IMG/VR virus record: IMGVR_UViG_3300004213_000030
Location: 1 to 24,441 of that record
Origin: a virus
Lineage: Duplodnaviria; Caudoviricetes
Strand: one strand, 5' to 3'
Length of the DNA: 24,441 bases
Made by a program: the position numbers and the translations under genes. The notes under the pieces are model-generated. The model made no database searches. It had not been told where the DNA came from and worked only from the letters and a program-made list of their open reading frames with translations. Each line of letters opens with the position of its first letter. The stretch's first letter is position 1. Shown here piece after piece: positions 1-8,773 of the stretch.

Positions 1-2
1 GT

Positions 3-713
3 CTGCTTGGCCCGGAAATAAACGGCATGGTCAGTTACGATCAAGACGATTTGGTATGGAACATGAACGGCAACGGGGTCGAAAGAGTAAAAGGGTATTT
101 AAGAAGGGTTTCGGATAACGTGGACGTTTTCACTAAGGAAATTGATTTTGTGGAAATCGTTAACGGGGTTAAACAGCCTGTATTCAGTCCCGGATACCAA
201 GGACGGGTTCAGTTCCCTTCGCCAATTCCGCCGGACACTTACAAGTGGGGAACCGAAGGCGTGAATTGTTCTTCGCCGATATATTGGAGCCAACCGTTTA
301 CTATTTCTGCGCCGGTCGTAATTGATCCGGGCACTGATCCGGGACAGCAAAACGGGGATTATGTACTTCGGTTTATGACACACGGATGGCCCGGCGATAT
401 GAAACTAGATATTGTTCCAAATGGCAACGGGTACCGGGTTACGGACTTGGTTACTTCTACGCCAAAGCCGGGTTATCACGTTGTATATGTTGTGAATGAA
501 AAAGCGTACTTTGGGCTTGCCCGCTTGGTGAATTATCAATGGGATTTGCCTTCGCCTTTATCGGTTCGTAAAGGACAGATTAATTCGCAATTTACAGCGT
601 TGTATATGACCGGGGGCGGTAACGCAGGGGATACAGTTACCGGTATTGATTTTTTCAATGGAAATACTTCTTACGCGCAAATAGATGTTGTCGCAGTTAA
701 ACAAAATGCATAA
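3..713 (+). CDS. 5'-truncated beta-rich virion/tail-associated protein (hypothetical)
   Basis: The frame of the 27..713 ORF is open back to position 3 (LLGPEING-M), so the gene probably starts before the window. G/P/N/aromatic-rich, beta-strand-like sequence; TAA overlaps the next ATG (TAATG); lies in the late tail operon. Confidence 0.6.
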   Translation: MLGPEINGMVSYDQDDLVWNMNGNGVERVKGYLRRVSDNVDVFTKEIDFVEIVNGVKQPVFSPGYQGRVQFPSPIPPDTYKWGTEGVNCSSPIYWSQPFTISAPVVIDPGTDPGQQNGDYVLRFMTHGWPGDMKLDIVPNGNGYRVTDLVTSTPKPGYHVVYVVNEKAYFGLARLVNYQWDLPSPLSVRKGQINSQFTALYMTGGGNAGDTVTGIDFFNGNTSYAQIDVVAVKQNA

Positions 714-2203
714 TGGCTAATATAGTTTTAGATTCCTTGCCTTTTTATCCGCCAACATACAACCCGGAAACACAACGGGTTCAATGGATGGATCAGATTC
801 CAAAGCCTGCGGTTATTGATCCGAATTTTAGATGGATCATGCCAAGGGGCGAAAACACGCTTCAAGAACTTGTCGATATGGGCGTGACCAATTTCACGCG
901 GGCCGATATGAATCAACCCGGTTGGGACGAAACGCAGATCAGCGCGTTCCGTAACAAAGGTTACGGATATGACGACGTTCCGCAAACGCCAACGATGTTC
1001 AGTTTGGCAGACCGGGGGCAGGGGGCTTCTCAATGGGTATCCGCACCGGGCACCCCCGTCGTTTGGCCGATTATCTGGAATCAACGTTTTTGGAATACTC
1101 CGCCGGGAGCTACCGAACCAATGTCAGTTGAACAAGGCGCACTTCGCGGGCAGGCATATTCGGCAGAACACACGGTCGTTATCTTTGAGAACAGCGAACA
1201 AGACCATGCCATATCAAGCCATTGGCCTTTTGTGAAAGCATGGTCAGAAGCTTGGAATGCAAAAGTAATTGCCCGTTGGCCCGGCAAAAAGACACTTCGG
1301 GCATGGAATTATTTCACAGGATTTGGCGAAACGATCCGGTACAGTACCGCAGCCGAACGGAAGGCATTCATTAACAGTCCGGTTTCTTCTTGGGTAGCGA
1401 ACCCGATGTTGCCGGGCGGAAATCTGGAAACCTATAACGCGGTTTGCTTCGGAGTGTATTTGCAAGCCCCTGATGATGTAAAACACATCGGGTACGATAT
1501 TATTTTTCAAACGCTTGTTGCCCGGAAAGCGAATAAAGAATTGATTGTTTTCGAACAACCGGTTCACGAATGGCTTCCAAATAATAAAAGAGTTTGGAAC
1601 TTACCGGAAGGCAAATTCTACTATCAAGGAAAGCTGAACATCGCACCGGGTATCGGTTACGCGATTGCTCTTTTCGGACGGGTTTTTGCTGCGGCATTCG
1701 CATCGTTCGGATTCGGCGGTAAGAGTACCAAACCGTTTAAACTCGATCCGCAATGGCACGACCAAGGGTTTTGGGTTAAGGCCGGCGATCCTGAAATGCA
1801 GTTAACCGACATATCGCAATCCCCGGTTTTTGGGCCGCGTGGATCAACCCAAGAAGTATTTGCTTCCGGCGGGCAGGAAGATATGTCCGGGTTTGCGCGT
1901 TGGTTGTGGGATCGTAGCTTCGCTAACGTAATGGGCGGTACTGATTCGTTTTTGGAATTCCGTGTGGATGGCGGGGCTTGGAGAACAATGACGGGCAATT
2001 TTGCGGATGATTTGATAAACGCTTTTTATGGCGACGGTTATTTTGTATTTTGCCGGCAATTGAATAATAAGTACGCTTACATTGTTTACAACGGCAAGGC
2101 AGAAGACAGCATTCGGCACAAAGTAGAATGGAAATCAAACGGCCAAGTCCTTGAAGGTTATATAAGCGGAACGATTCCTTTCGTATTTTATAAAGCGTTC
2201 TGA
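713..2203 (+). CDS. 496-aa Trp-rich protein, possible TIM-barrel glycoside hydrolase-like virion protein
   Basis: Long ORF coupled to the previous gene. Hydrophobic strands ending in Glu (VVIFENSE, KELIVFE) and a beta-rich C-terminus (YFVFCRQLNNKYAYIVYN). The CDS is solid; the function is inference only. Confidence 0.55.
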   Translation: MANIVLDSLPFYPPTYNPETQRVQWMDQIPKPAVIDPNFRWIMPRGENTLQELVDMGVTNFTRADMNQPGWDETQISAFRNKGYGYDDVPQTPTMFSLADRGQGASQWVSAPGTPVVWPIIWNQRFWNTPPGATEPMSVEQGALRGQAYSAEHTVVIFENSEQDHAISSHWPFVKAWSEAWNAKVIARWPGKKTLRAWNYFTGFGETIRYSTAAERKAFINSPVSSWVANPMLPGGNLETYNAVCFGVYLQAPDDVKHIGYDIIFQTLVARKANKELIVFEQPVHEWLPNNKRVWNLPEGKFYYQGKLNIAPGIGYAIALFGRVFAAAFASFGFGGKSTKPFKLDPQWHDQGFWVKAGDPEMQLTDISQSPVFGPRGSTQEVFASGGQEDMSGFARWLWDRSFANVMGGTDSFLEFRVDGGAWRTMTGNFADDLINAFYGDGYFVFCRQLNNKYAYIVYNGKAEDSIRHKVEWKSNGQVLEGYISGTIPFVFYKAF

Positions 2204-2205
2204 TA

Positions 2206-3207
2206 ATGGAAGTTCCCAAGCCGGTAGTTAAGTTACTTTATAACAAACAGGATTTAAGCAAGCCGATCAATAAGTATTTGGTCGAGCTTGCTTATCTTGA
2301 CCGTACCGAAGTAGAATCCGACGAAATCGAAATTGTACTTGATGACAGCGAAGGGATTTGGTCTAACTCATGGTATCCCGAAAAAGGCGCAAAGCTGGTT
2401 TTGGATATTGGGTATGTAGGACAGATGACGCCTGCCGGGGAATTTGAAATCGATGAAGTAACATTTAACTATTCAGCGCGGGGGCGTAAAGTTTCAATAA
2501 AAGCTTTATCCGCTATTGTTTCCCAACCGTTGAGAACCCCTCGGAAAGAAGCTTACGAAAATATTACCCTTAAAAAGTTGGCCGATACCGTTGCGGCAAG
2601 GGCGCATTTGACCGTATCAGGCAAAATCGCAAACGTAAACCTTGGCCGGATAACTCAATTTAACGAAACCGATTTGGCGTTCCTTCGCCGTATTGCTACT
2701 TCTTATGGTTACATATTTAATGTTAAGTCCGGTAAGCTCGTTTTTACATTTATCGGAGAACTTGAAGGACGAAAGTCAGTCGATACAATCGATCCAACAA
2801 GAATGCGAAGTGTTGATATATATGACGCAACGGGTCGAACTTACCGAATTGCAAAACAGACATATTATGATGCATCAAAAGGGCAGGTTATCCAATATGA
2901 CGCCAAAGGTAAATCAGGCGCAGATACGTTTGCGGATGAAAGCTATGTCGAGAACAAACAGCAAGCCGAGCTTAAAGCGAAAGCGCGTATTGCAAAAATA
3001 CTAACCGGACAGGTTCGGGGAAGCGTATCAATGCAACAGGGCGCACCGTTATTAGTCGCCGGTAACAACATCGAAATTGTTCGAATCGGCAAGTTTTCCG
3101 GCCTGTATAATATTGAAGCAAGTCGGCACATTATTTCAAAGTCCGGCGGGTATACAACCGACATCGAAGTTTACAAAGTAGCAGACGTTTCAAAAGATAA
3201 ATATTAA
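2206..3207 (+). CDS. Phage late control D / baseplate hub protein (P2 gpD-like)
   Basis: Family motifs SDEIEIVLDD, GEFEIDEV, QFNETDLAFLRRIA and GAPLLVAG...GLYNI...H.ISKSGGYTT; sits directly before V-W-J-I. Confidence 0.9.
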   Translation: MEVPKPVVKLLYNKQDLSKPINKYLVELAYLDRTEVESDEIEIVLDDSEGIWSNSWYPEKGAKLVLDIGYVGQMTPAGEFEIDEVTFNYSARGRKVSIKALSAIVSQPLRTPRKEAYENITLKKLADTVAARAHLTVSGKIANVNLGRITQFNETDLAFLRRIATSYGYIFNVKSGKLVFTFIGELEGRKSVDTIDPTRMRSVDIYDATGRTYRIAKQTYYDASKGQVIQYDAKGKSGADTFADESYVENKQQAELKAKARIAKILTGQVRGSVSMQQGAPLLVAGNNIEIVRIGKFSGLYNIEASRHIISKSGGYTTDIEVYKVADVSKDKY

Positions 3208-3208
3208 A

Positions 3209-3754
3209 ATGAATTTAGTTGACGGACAAATCGGAATCGTTTCGGAAATAGATGCGAAGAACATGAAAGCGCGGGTTACGTTGCCGACAGATGACTTCGT
3301 TACGCATTGGCTGCATATCATATCTTGGGGCGTTTATTGGATGCCCGAAGTAAAAGATCAAGTTGCCTGTATTTTCGATGAAGAATATAATCAAGGAATC
3401 ATTATCGGCATCGTAAAAAAGGATGGCGACGCCCCTTATTCCGATGCCGATACAATTGGCTTTAAAATAGGCACAGCAGAGATCAAAATAAGTAAGGCAA
3501 GCGGAAGTATCACGGTTATATCGAACGAGGCTGTAAACGTAAAATCGCCAAAAATAACTTTGGAAGCTGATGAAGTGAAAATAACCAAAAAGCTTTCGGT
3601 AGGAACTTCAATTGAAGCGGGTAGTACAATTGACGCGAAGGGCGCAATTAAATCGCTTATGGAAGTGACCGCCAAAACGACCAACCTATCAACACATATT
3701 CACGCAACAGCCGGCCCCGGAACCCCAACCACGCCGCCAACCCCCGGAACATAA
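3209..3754 (+). CDS. Baseplate spike / assembly protein V
   Basis: N-terminal OB-fold pattern (GIVSEID...ARV...THWL...WMPEVKDQV), beta-helix-like repeats and C-terminal HxH metal-binding tip (STHIH). Confidence 0.88.
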   Translation: MNLVDGQIGIVSEIDAKNMKARVTLPTDDFVTHWLHIISWGVYWMPEVKDQVACIFDEEYNQGIIIGIVKKDGDAPYSDADTIGFKIGTAEIKISKASGSITVISNEAVNVKSPKITLEADEVKITKKLSVGTSIEAGSTIDAKGAIKSLMEVTAKTTNLSTHIHATAGPGTPTTPPTPGT

Positions 3755-3757
3755 AAT

Positions 3758-4201
3758 ATGGTACTCTTACAAGACATTAATACTTCGCAATGGAGCCAAG
3801 CACTTGCCGGGCCGGGCTTGGTTGTTACCGATCTGGAAGACATCAAACAGTGTCTTTATATAATCGTTGCGACCCGGAAAGGATCGGCTCCGTTCTGGTT
3901 TGATTTCGGATGCAGTTTATTCGATTGGTTAGATGAACCGATGACGGTTGCGGCTCCCAAGATTGCAAGAGATATACGGGCGTCGATTGCTCAGTGGGAG
4001 CCTCGCGCAATTGTGGAAGAAGTAACTTTTAGTTTCCAGCCGGACGGATCAGCGTTCTTTAATGTGCATTGGCACCCGGTAGCCGGAACCAAAGCCGGGG
4101 CGTCGTTTAGTACGGAATTTGGATTAAATCAGGGAAGCTTGTATCTTGTTGACAATTATAATAGAAATGTAAACACCGAATTCGGATCGTTAGAACTATA
4201 A
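3758..4201 (+). CDS. Baseplate wedge protein W / gp25-like
   Basis: DIKQCLYII.TRKGS.P...DFGC and IAQWEPRAIV motifs of the GPW/gp25 family; synteny. Confidence 0.9.
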   Translation: MVLLQDINTSQWSQALAGPGLVVTDLEDIKQCLYIIVATRKGSAPFWFDFGCSLFDWLDEPMTVAAPKIARDIRASIAQWEPRAIVEEVTFSFQPDGSAFFNVHWHPVAGTKAGASFSTEFGLNQGSLYLVDNYNRNVNTEFGSLEL

Positions 4202-5304
4202 TGGATGCACCGCAATTATTCTATCAAGACCCCTCGCAAGTCATAACTGAGATTAAGGCTTTGTATGAATCTTTCCTTGGCAAAGAGATTCTTCCAGCAC
4301 AGCCCGAAATGCAGATCGTTCTTGCCTTGGCAAACCGGGAAGTTAATAAAAATGCTCAAAGCGATTACGCGCTTTCACAGGTTCTTGTTGATTTTGCAGT
4401 ATCCCCGATGCTTGACTATTTGGGGGCTACGGCTGGAATTTTCAGACTTGCCGCAACGCCTGCCGAAACGACCATACGTTTTACACTTGTTCCCAATCAT
4501 GGCGGAATCATCATTCCGAATGGAACCCGCGTAAGCACAACCGACGGAAAGATCATGTTCGCAACATCGATGGAAACGCCCGTTTCAGCGGGAACAAATT
4601 CGATTGATGTTCATGCAATCGCTGTTTCGGAAGGTAAAAGCGGTAATGATTACATCGTGGGAACCGTTTCAGTTATCGTCGATCCGCAGCCGTTTCTTCA
4701 ATCTGCTTCAAATGTGACAGTAACTTCTGCCGGCGCAGAGATTGAAACGGATACAGGACTTCGGGAACGAATCAAACTTGGCCCGTCAAGGAACTCAACG
4801 GCAGGCCCGATCAGTGCCTATAAATTCCATACACGGGCTGCAAACCCTTCCATTATTGATGTGGCGGTTACGAGTCCGTTTGCCGGGCAGGTAAACGTTT
4901 ATCCGTTGATCCGGGGCGGGGTTGCTACTCCGCAATCGGTACTTGATGCAGTTAGCGCAGCTTTGAACGACGAAGAAGTTCGTCCGCTAAACGATAAGGT
5001 AGTCGTAGCAAGCCCGGTTCGTCTTCCATATAGCTTGACGGTTAACATCGTGCTTCGATCCGGGGCAATCCAAAGCAGTACTGTAAAACGTGTTACTGAT
5101 GCGTTAATTGCTTTCTGTTCTGCAAAAGCAAATAAGCTCGGCGAAGATATAACAGTCTCACAACTTACCGCCGCTGCAATGAACGAAAACGTTCACTCAA
5201 TCAACTTCGGCGGATTTAGCGATCTTATAGTCAACCCGATCAGTTTCCCGGTCTGTACGGGCATTTTTACAGGCACAATCACGTATGAAAATCTGAATGC
5301 ATAA
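4201..5304 (+). CDS. Baseplate J protein
   Basis: LDYLG...R..A..A, IPNGTRV, GAEIETD..LRERI, STAGP..AY and VRPLNDKV motifs. Confidence 0.93.
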   Translation: MDAPQLFYQDPSQVITEIKALYESFLGKEILPAQPEMQIVLALANREVNKNAQSDYALSQVLVDFAVSPMLDYLGATAGIFRLAATPAETTIRFTLVPNHGGIIIPNGTRVSTTDGKIMFATSMETPVSAGTNSIDVHAIAVSEGKSGNDYIVGTVSVIVDPQPFLQSASNVTVTSAGAEIETDTGLRERIKLGPSRNSTAGPISAYKFHTRAANPSIIDVAVTSPFAGQVNVYPLIRGGVATPQSVLDAVSAALNDEEVRPLNDKVVVASPVRLPYSLTVNIVLRSGAIQSSTVKRVTDALIAFCSAKANKLGEDITVSQLTAAAMNENVHSINFGGFSDLIVNPISFPVCTGIFTGTITYENLNA

Positions 5305-5873
5305 TGGCTGAACCAATTATTGCCAGTGCGTTAAAAAACGCCAAACATCTTTCAAGCGTTGATACGCTTGCTAAAATGCGGTTTGATGCAATCGACACAG
5401 GGAAGCTTCTTGTATCGTTGTTCGATACTGTTGACGCCCGGCTTCTCGATTTCTTAGCAAGTCAGCTTGATATGCTTGGGTATAACGGTTGGATACTTGC
5501 CGAGACTGAGCAAGAGAAACGGGAGCTTTTAAAAGGGGCCGCACACTTGCACCGGATCAAAGGCACCCCCGGCGGTATCCGCGAAGTAGTTAAACGATTG
5601 GGGTTTTTGGACGTGGTAATCGAAGAAGGTTGGGAAAATTTTACCGACGATTCGCCGCAACCTGAAATAAATCCTTGGGCATATTTTAGGGTTCTTTACG
5701 TTCTTCCAGCAAACAAAGGCGTATCAGAACAGCTTGCGAATAATCTGATCGGTTTGATAAATGCATACAAGCCGGTACGTAGCAAACTTGCCAATTTCGG
5801 ATTCAGGATCAGCGGGCAGGGCGAAGGTTTAGAGATAGGGGAATCAGTAACAATAAATATCATAACAGTATGA
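5304..5873 (+). CDS. Phage tail/baseplate protein I (P2 gpI-like)
   Basis: LDFLA, KRELLK.A..LHRIKGT, EEGW and INAYKPVRS motifs; follows J. Confidence 0.88.
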   Translation: MAEPIIASALKNAKHLSSVDTLAKMRFDAIDTGKLLVSLFDTVDARLLDFLASQLDMLGYNGWILAETEQEKRELLKGAAHLHRIKGTPGGIREVVKRLGFLDVVIEEGWENFTDDSPQPEINPWAYFRVLYVLPANKGVSEQLANNLIGLINAYKPVRSKLANFGFRISGQGEGLEIGESVTINIITV

Positions 5874-6343
5874 CATCGGCATTTAGCGTAAAAGGGTTTG
5901 TTACCTTAGATATTATCAATATTGAAACCGGCGAAGTATCCCGCATCGAAGATCAAAATTTAATTGTAGCTACCGGGTACCAATACATTGCGGATAAAAT
6001 ATCGGGTTTCGGTACGCCCGGCGAAATTGATAAAATTCATTTCGGAACAAACGGTTCAGCAGCAGCGGCAGGCGATACTTTGGCAAAGATGAACAACGTA
6101 TTTACCAAGTCGCTTGATAACGTTAGCCGAAGTTCACAACCCGCTTACGCCGGCATTGTGTATAATTTTTCTTTGGGGCCGAACGAAGCGAACGGATTAA
6201 ACATCCGTGAAATGGCTTTAAGCTTTCCCGATCCGATTGCGCCTACTACTAAACTGTTTTCAAGATTTGTACGTGCCAGCATCATAAAAACAACGGCAAT
6301 CCGCATTGAAGGAAGTTGGGCAATTGCAGTGACTCCTTCGTAA
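5870..6343 (+). CDS. Short tail-collar / fibre-attachment-like baseplate protein
   Basis: NLIV.TG...IA, IHFGTNG....GDT, EANG.NIREMAL and LFSR pattern typical of tail-fibre N-terminal/collar domains; only 157 aa; ATGA overlap with I. Confidence 0.65.
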   Translation: MTSAFSVKGFVTLDIINIETGEVSRIEDQNLIVATGYQYIADKISGFGTPGEIDKIHFGTNGSAAAAGDTLAKMNNVFTKSLDNVSRSSQPAYAGIVYNFSLGPNEANGLNIREMALSFPDPIAPTTKLFSRFVRASIIKTTAIRIEGSWAIAVTPS

Positions 6344-6376
6344 ACAAAAAGAGCCGGAAAGCTCCGGCCCTGTTTG
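6342..6376. terminator. Rho-independent terminator at the convergence of tail and lysis operons (probably bidirectional)
   Basis: Stem AGAGCCGGA (6350-6358) / TCCGGCCCT (6363-6371) with a 4-nt loop. The minus strand continues TTTTGTTT and the plus strand GTTT. Confidence 0.8.
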
Positions 6377-6406
6377 AGGATTACTAATCGAATATACTGC
6401 ACTGAC

Positions 6407-7471
6407 TTACAGTTCAGGATCGTTTTTTATCTTATCAAGATATTTCAAAACGTCATTTCGTGAAGTGTCCCTTTGTTCGTTATAGGATGCCATTGTAAAT
6501 TCCATAATGCCCCGACCGCCGGAATAGTTAATATTGTGAATCGGAACGTTCCGGTACCCAAGGGCAGAACGCAACCGGTTCGCAATAGCTCTTACGGCTT
6601 TTGCGTCTTCGTCCGCCATTCCTGCATCTGCCAGCCGGTCAAGTTCTTCCGAGATCGGCCAAATAATTTTAGCGGTTTTGTTCCGGTCTTCGGTAAGCTC
6701 CAAGTCTCCTTTCAGAATTTCGTTGAGCATCACGGTTACGGTTCGCCCGATGATTTGTGCCGCGTTAACAAGTTCATCCATCGGTAAAAGCTCAATCGGA
6801 TTACACATGATATTCCAGAACCGATAAGACTTACCGGGTTCCATCCGTTGAAACATTTCCTTGAATGGGAGTCCGTTTGTTACTCCGCCATCGACAACGA
6901 TCTTGTATTCGCCGAAGTTCTGCGCGGGCATAATGCCGGGCATTGATGTGCTTGCAGTAATGGCCGCACAAAGATCAGCGGGCCTGCCCTTGAAGTCTTC
7001 GGATGAATGCTGTTTGCTCTTACCGGATTGCAGGGAAACCGTATTGAAAAACATCGGAATATCAAATCCCGGCTTTTTCTTTTGAAGTTCAAACAGGATA
7101 TTGTAAAGCCCTTTGTTTGTCATCAAGGATGGAACGTTTTTCAGCTTGAAAACATTTGCAAGAATCTTCATCCATGAAACAGTCAGTTTACCGTCTGAAA
7201 TCTTCGCCAAGCCGGGTTCAAATATGTTCCGTGACCCTTGTTCGTACGTGAGCCTGTAAAGTAGTTCAGCTTCCTCAAAAAAGCCCTTGGATATTAAATA
7301 CGCAACGAGTGCCCCGGTCGATGACCCGCCAATCATTTCGAACTTGTATCCGGCCCGCTGAATATTCATAGCGGTATCCCAAGCCCAAATTCCAATCGCA
7401 CCGCCCCCGCTGATCGTTCCAACGTTAATGACGGAAGGATTCTGCAAAATGTTTGAATGTACGTCACTCAT
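6407..7471 (-). CDS. Patatin-like phospholipase
   Basis: Gly-rich oxyanion block SGGGAIG, nucleophile elbow GSSTG (GxSxG), ASTSMPG and catalytic DGG (VVDGGVTNGLP), in the canonical order. Confidence 0.9.
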   Translation of the reverse strand: MSDVHSNILQNPSVINVGTISGGGAIGIWAWDTAMNIQRAGYKFEMIGGSSTGALVAYLISKGFFEEAELLYRLTYEQGSRNIFEPGLAKISDGKLTVSWMKILANVFKLKNVPSLMTNKGLYNILFELQKKKPGFDIPMFFNTVSLQSGKSKQHSSEDFKGRPADLCAAITASTSMPGIMPAQNFGEYKIVVDGGVTNGLPFKEMFQRMEPGKSYRFWNIMCNPIELLPMDELVNAAQIIGRTVTVMLNEILKGDLELTEDRNKTAKIIWPISEELDRLADAGMADEDAKAVRAIANRLRSALGYRNVPIHNINYSGGRGIMEFTMASYNEQRDTSRNDVLKYLDKIKNDPEL

Positions 7472-7731
7472 GATTGTAAAGAGTCTAATTCCGCGTTGAT
7501 CCTTTCCAGCTCTTTTTCGTGCATTGCTTTATCGGCAAGCAGAGTTCTTTTAGCTAACTCCGTAGGTTCAACCCACTCATAACTAAAAGCATCAAAGCCT
7601 TTGGAAAATTCTTCGGCTTCTTCTTGTGTGGCGAATTCTTTACCGCCAAGTACGTGCGAACGTTGATCGTTCCATTCGACGTATGCCCAACATTTTTTAG
7701 TTGGATGTTGTAACACTGATCGTATCATCAT
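7468..7731 (-). CDS. Hypothetical protein (87 aa, C-terminal coiled coil) between endolysin and phospholipase
   Basis: Start moved to 7731, which gives ATGA overlaps with both the endolysin stop and the patatin start. Confidence 0.7.
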   Translation of the reverse strand: MMIRSVLQHPTKKCWAYVEWNDQRSHVLGGKEFATQEEAEEFSKGFDAFSYEWVEPTELAKRTLLADKAMHEKELERINAELDSLQS

Positions 7732-8279
7732 GATTGCACTGCGCTTCCGGTTGATAATTGCCACATAACAGAATGTTTCAGCATACGAACGTTACGCCGT
7801 CCCCAACCTTTAAGCTGTTTACGGTCGTTTTCATCGTTCTTGCCGTTTTGCGTAATGTCTACGTAATAATCCCCCCGACGTTCGCAGAAGTCCCAAAGGC
7901 TGCATCTATACGAAGCGGCAAGAGTCATCGGCCCGACTACGCCATCGGCAGACACTCCGAATACTTTTTGCGCTAACTCAATGCCCCCCGTTTGTCCGTG
8001 ATTAATCATGCAGTCAATTACGTAAAGGCGTACGTGCGGTGCAAACTGTTCCAGTTTGTAGGCGTCCCAAAAATCTTTTTTGTAGATCATCAAGGCTTCG
8101 GCTTTGGTCAAAGCGGGTATATTCAAATGTGGGTAAGCCATGACGGATATACCATATTTGGTTCCGACTAGCTTACCCACACCTACTATTCCCGATGTCC
8201 AGTTTCCCCGATCTGATCTTGATAAAGATAGTTTGCCTTCGATGGCTCCTACCTTTTCCATACAGAATTCGAAAGTCAT
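7728..8279 (-). CDS. Endolysin, glycosyl hydrolase family 108 with C-terminal peptidoglycan-binding region
   Basis: EG(K)L...DRGNWT.G..G.G.L.GTKYGIS, EA..IYKKDFW, D..INHG, DGVVGP.T and KGW.RR motifs. Confidence 0.9.
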   Translation of the reverse strand: MTFEFCMEKVGAIEGKLSLSRSDRGNWTSGIVGVGKLVGTKYGISVMAYPHLNIPALTKAEALMIYKKDFWDAYKLEQFAPHVRLYVIDCMINHGQTGGIELAQKVFGVSADGVVGPMTLAASYRCSLWDFCERRGDYYVDITQNGKNDENDRKQLKGWGRRNVRMLKHSVMWQLSTGSAVQS

Positions 8280-8281
8280 AG

Positions 8282-8773
8282 TCAGTCAGATATAATTATC
8301 GTTGGATTTATTTCAGGTAAAGATAAACTATCTTTTTCAATTACAGGCTGTTTTACCGCTTCAATCGGTCTGATATGAAAGCGAATAGGGGCAAATACAA
8401 GCGGTCGTTTCTTTAATTGCAGGATTGCGGCATAAATATCTTCCAGTCTATCCCCGGTATTTTCCATCCTTGGGATCGTGACTTCTTCTTTGATAGTTGT
8501 AGTCTTTTCGATTACAGTCACTTTCTCGACGATTTCAACATTTACGGCGTCCTTTTCCCTTTTTAAAGAATCGATTTCTTTTTGTGTTGATTTATTCGAT
8601 TCGACTACTTTCTTGATTGGGTCTTCGGGTAATTTCAGATACACGGCTTGCTTTTTGCGTTTTGAAGTCGATTGTGAGTACGATTCGATGTTGACCGCTT
8701 GCAAAAGCATAAGCATGGCTAACACAACCAAGGATAATCCGCAGGCGAAGGAAAGGGAAATTGAAAGTCTCAT
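8282..8773 (-). CDS. N-terminally anchored/secreted coiled-coil protein of the lysis operon (spanin-like?)
   Basis: Hydrophobic N-terminal segment (LSLVVLAMLMLLQAV), then a charged coiled-coil and Pro-rich tail; adjacent to the endolysin. Confidence 0.55.
   Translation of the reverse strand: MRLSISLSFACGLSLVVLAMLMLLQAVNIESYSQSTSKRKKQAVYLKLPEDPIKKVVESNKSTQKEIDSLKREKDAVNVEIVEKVTVIEKTTTIKEEVTIPRMENTGDRLEDIYAAILQLKKRPLVFAPIRFHIRPIEAVKQPVIEKDSLSLPEINPTIIISD

Noticed and set aside
1-6343. Tailocin/contractile injection system, diversity-generating retroelement or invertible fibre locus
   Set aside because: Linked replication and early genes indicate a phage; no reverse transcriptase, template/variable repeat pair, invertase or fibre cassettes are visible.
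6407-7471. Patatin as the effector of a complete CBASS system
   Set aside because: No CD-NTase or E1/E2/JAB genes nearby; the neighbours are lysis genes.
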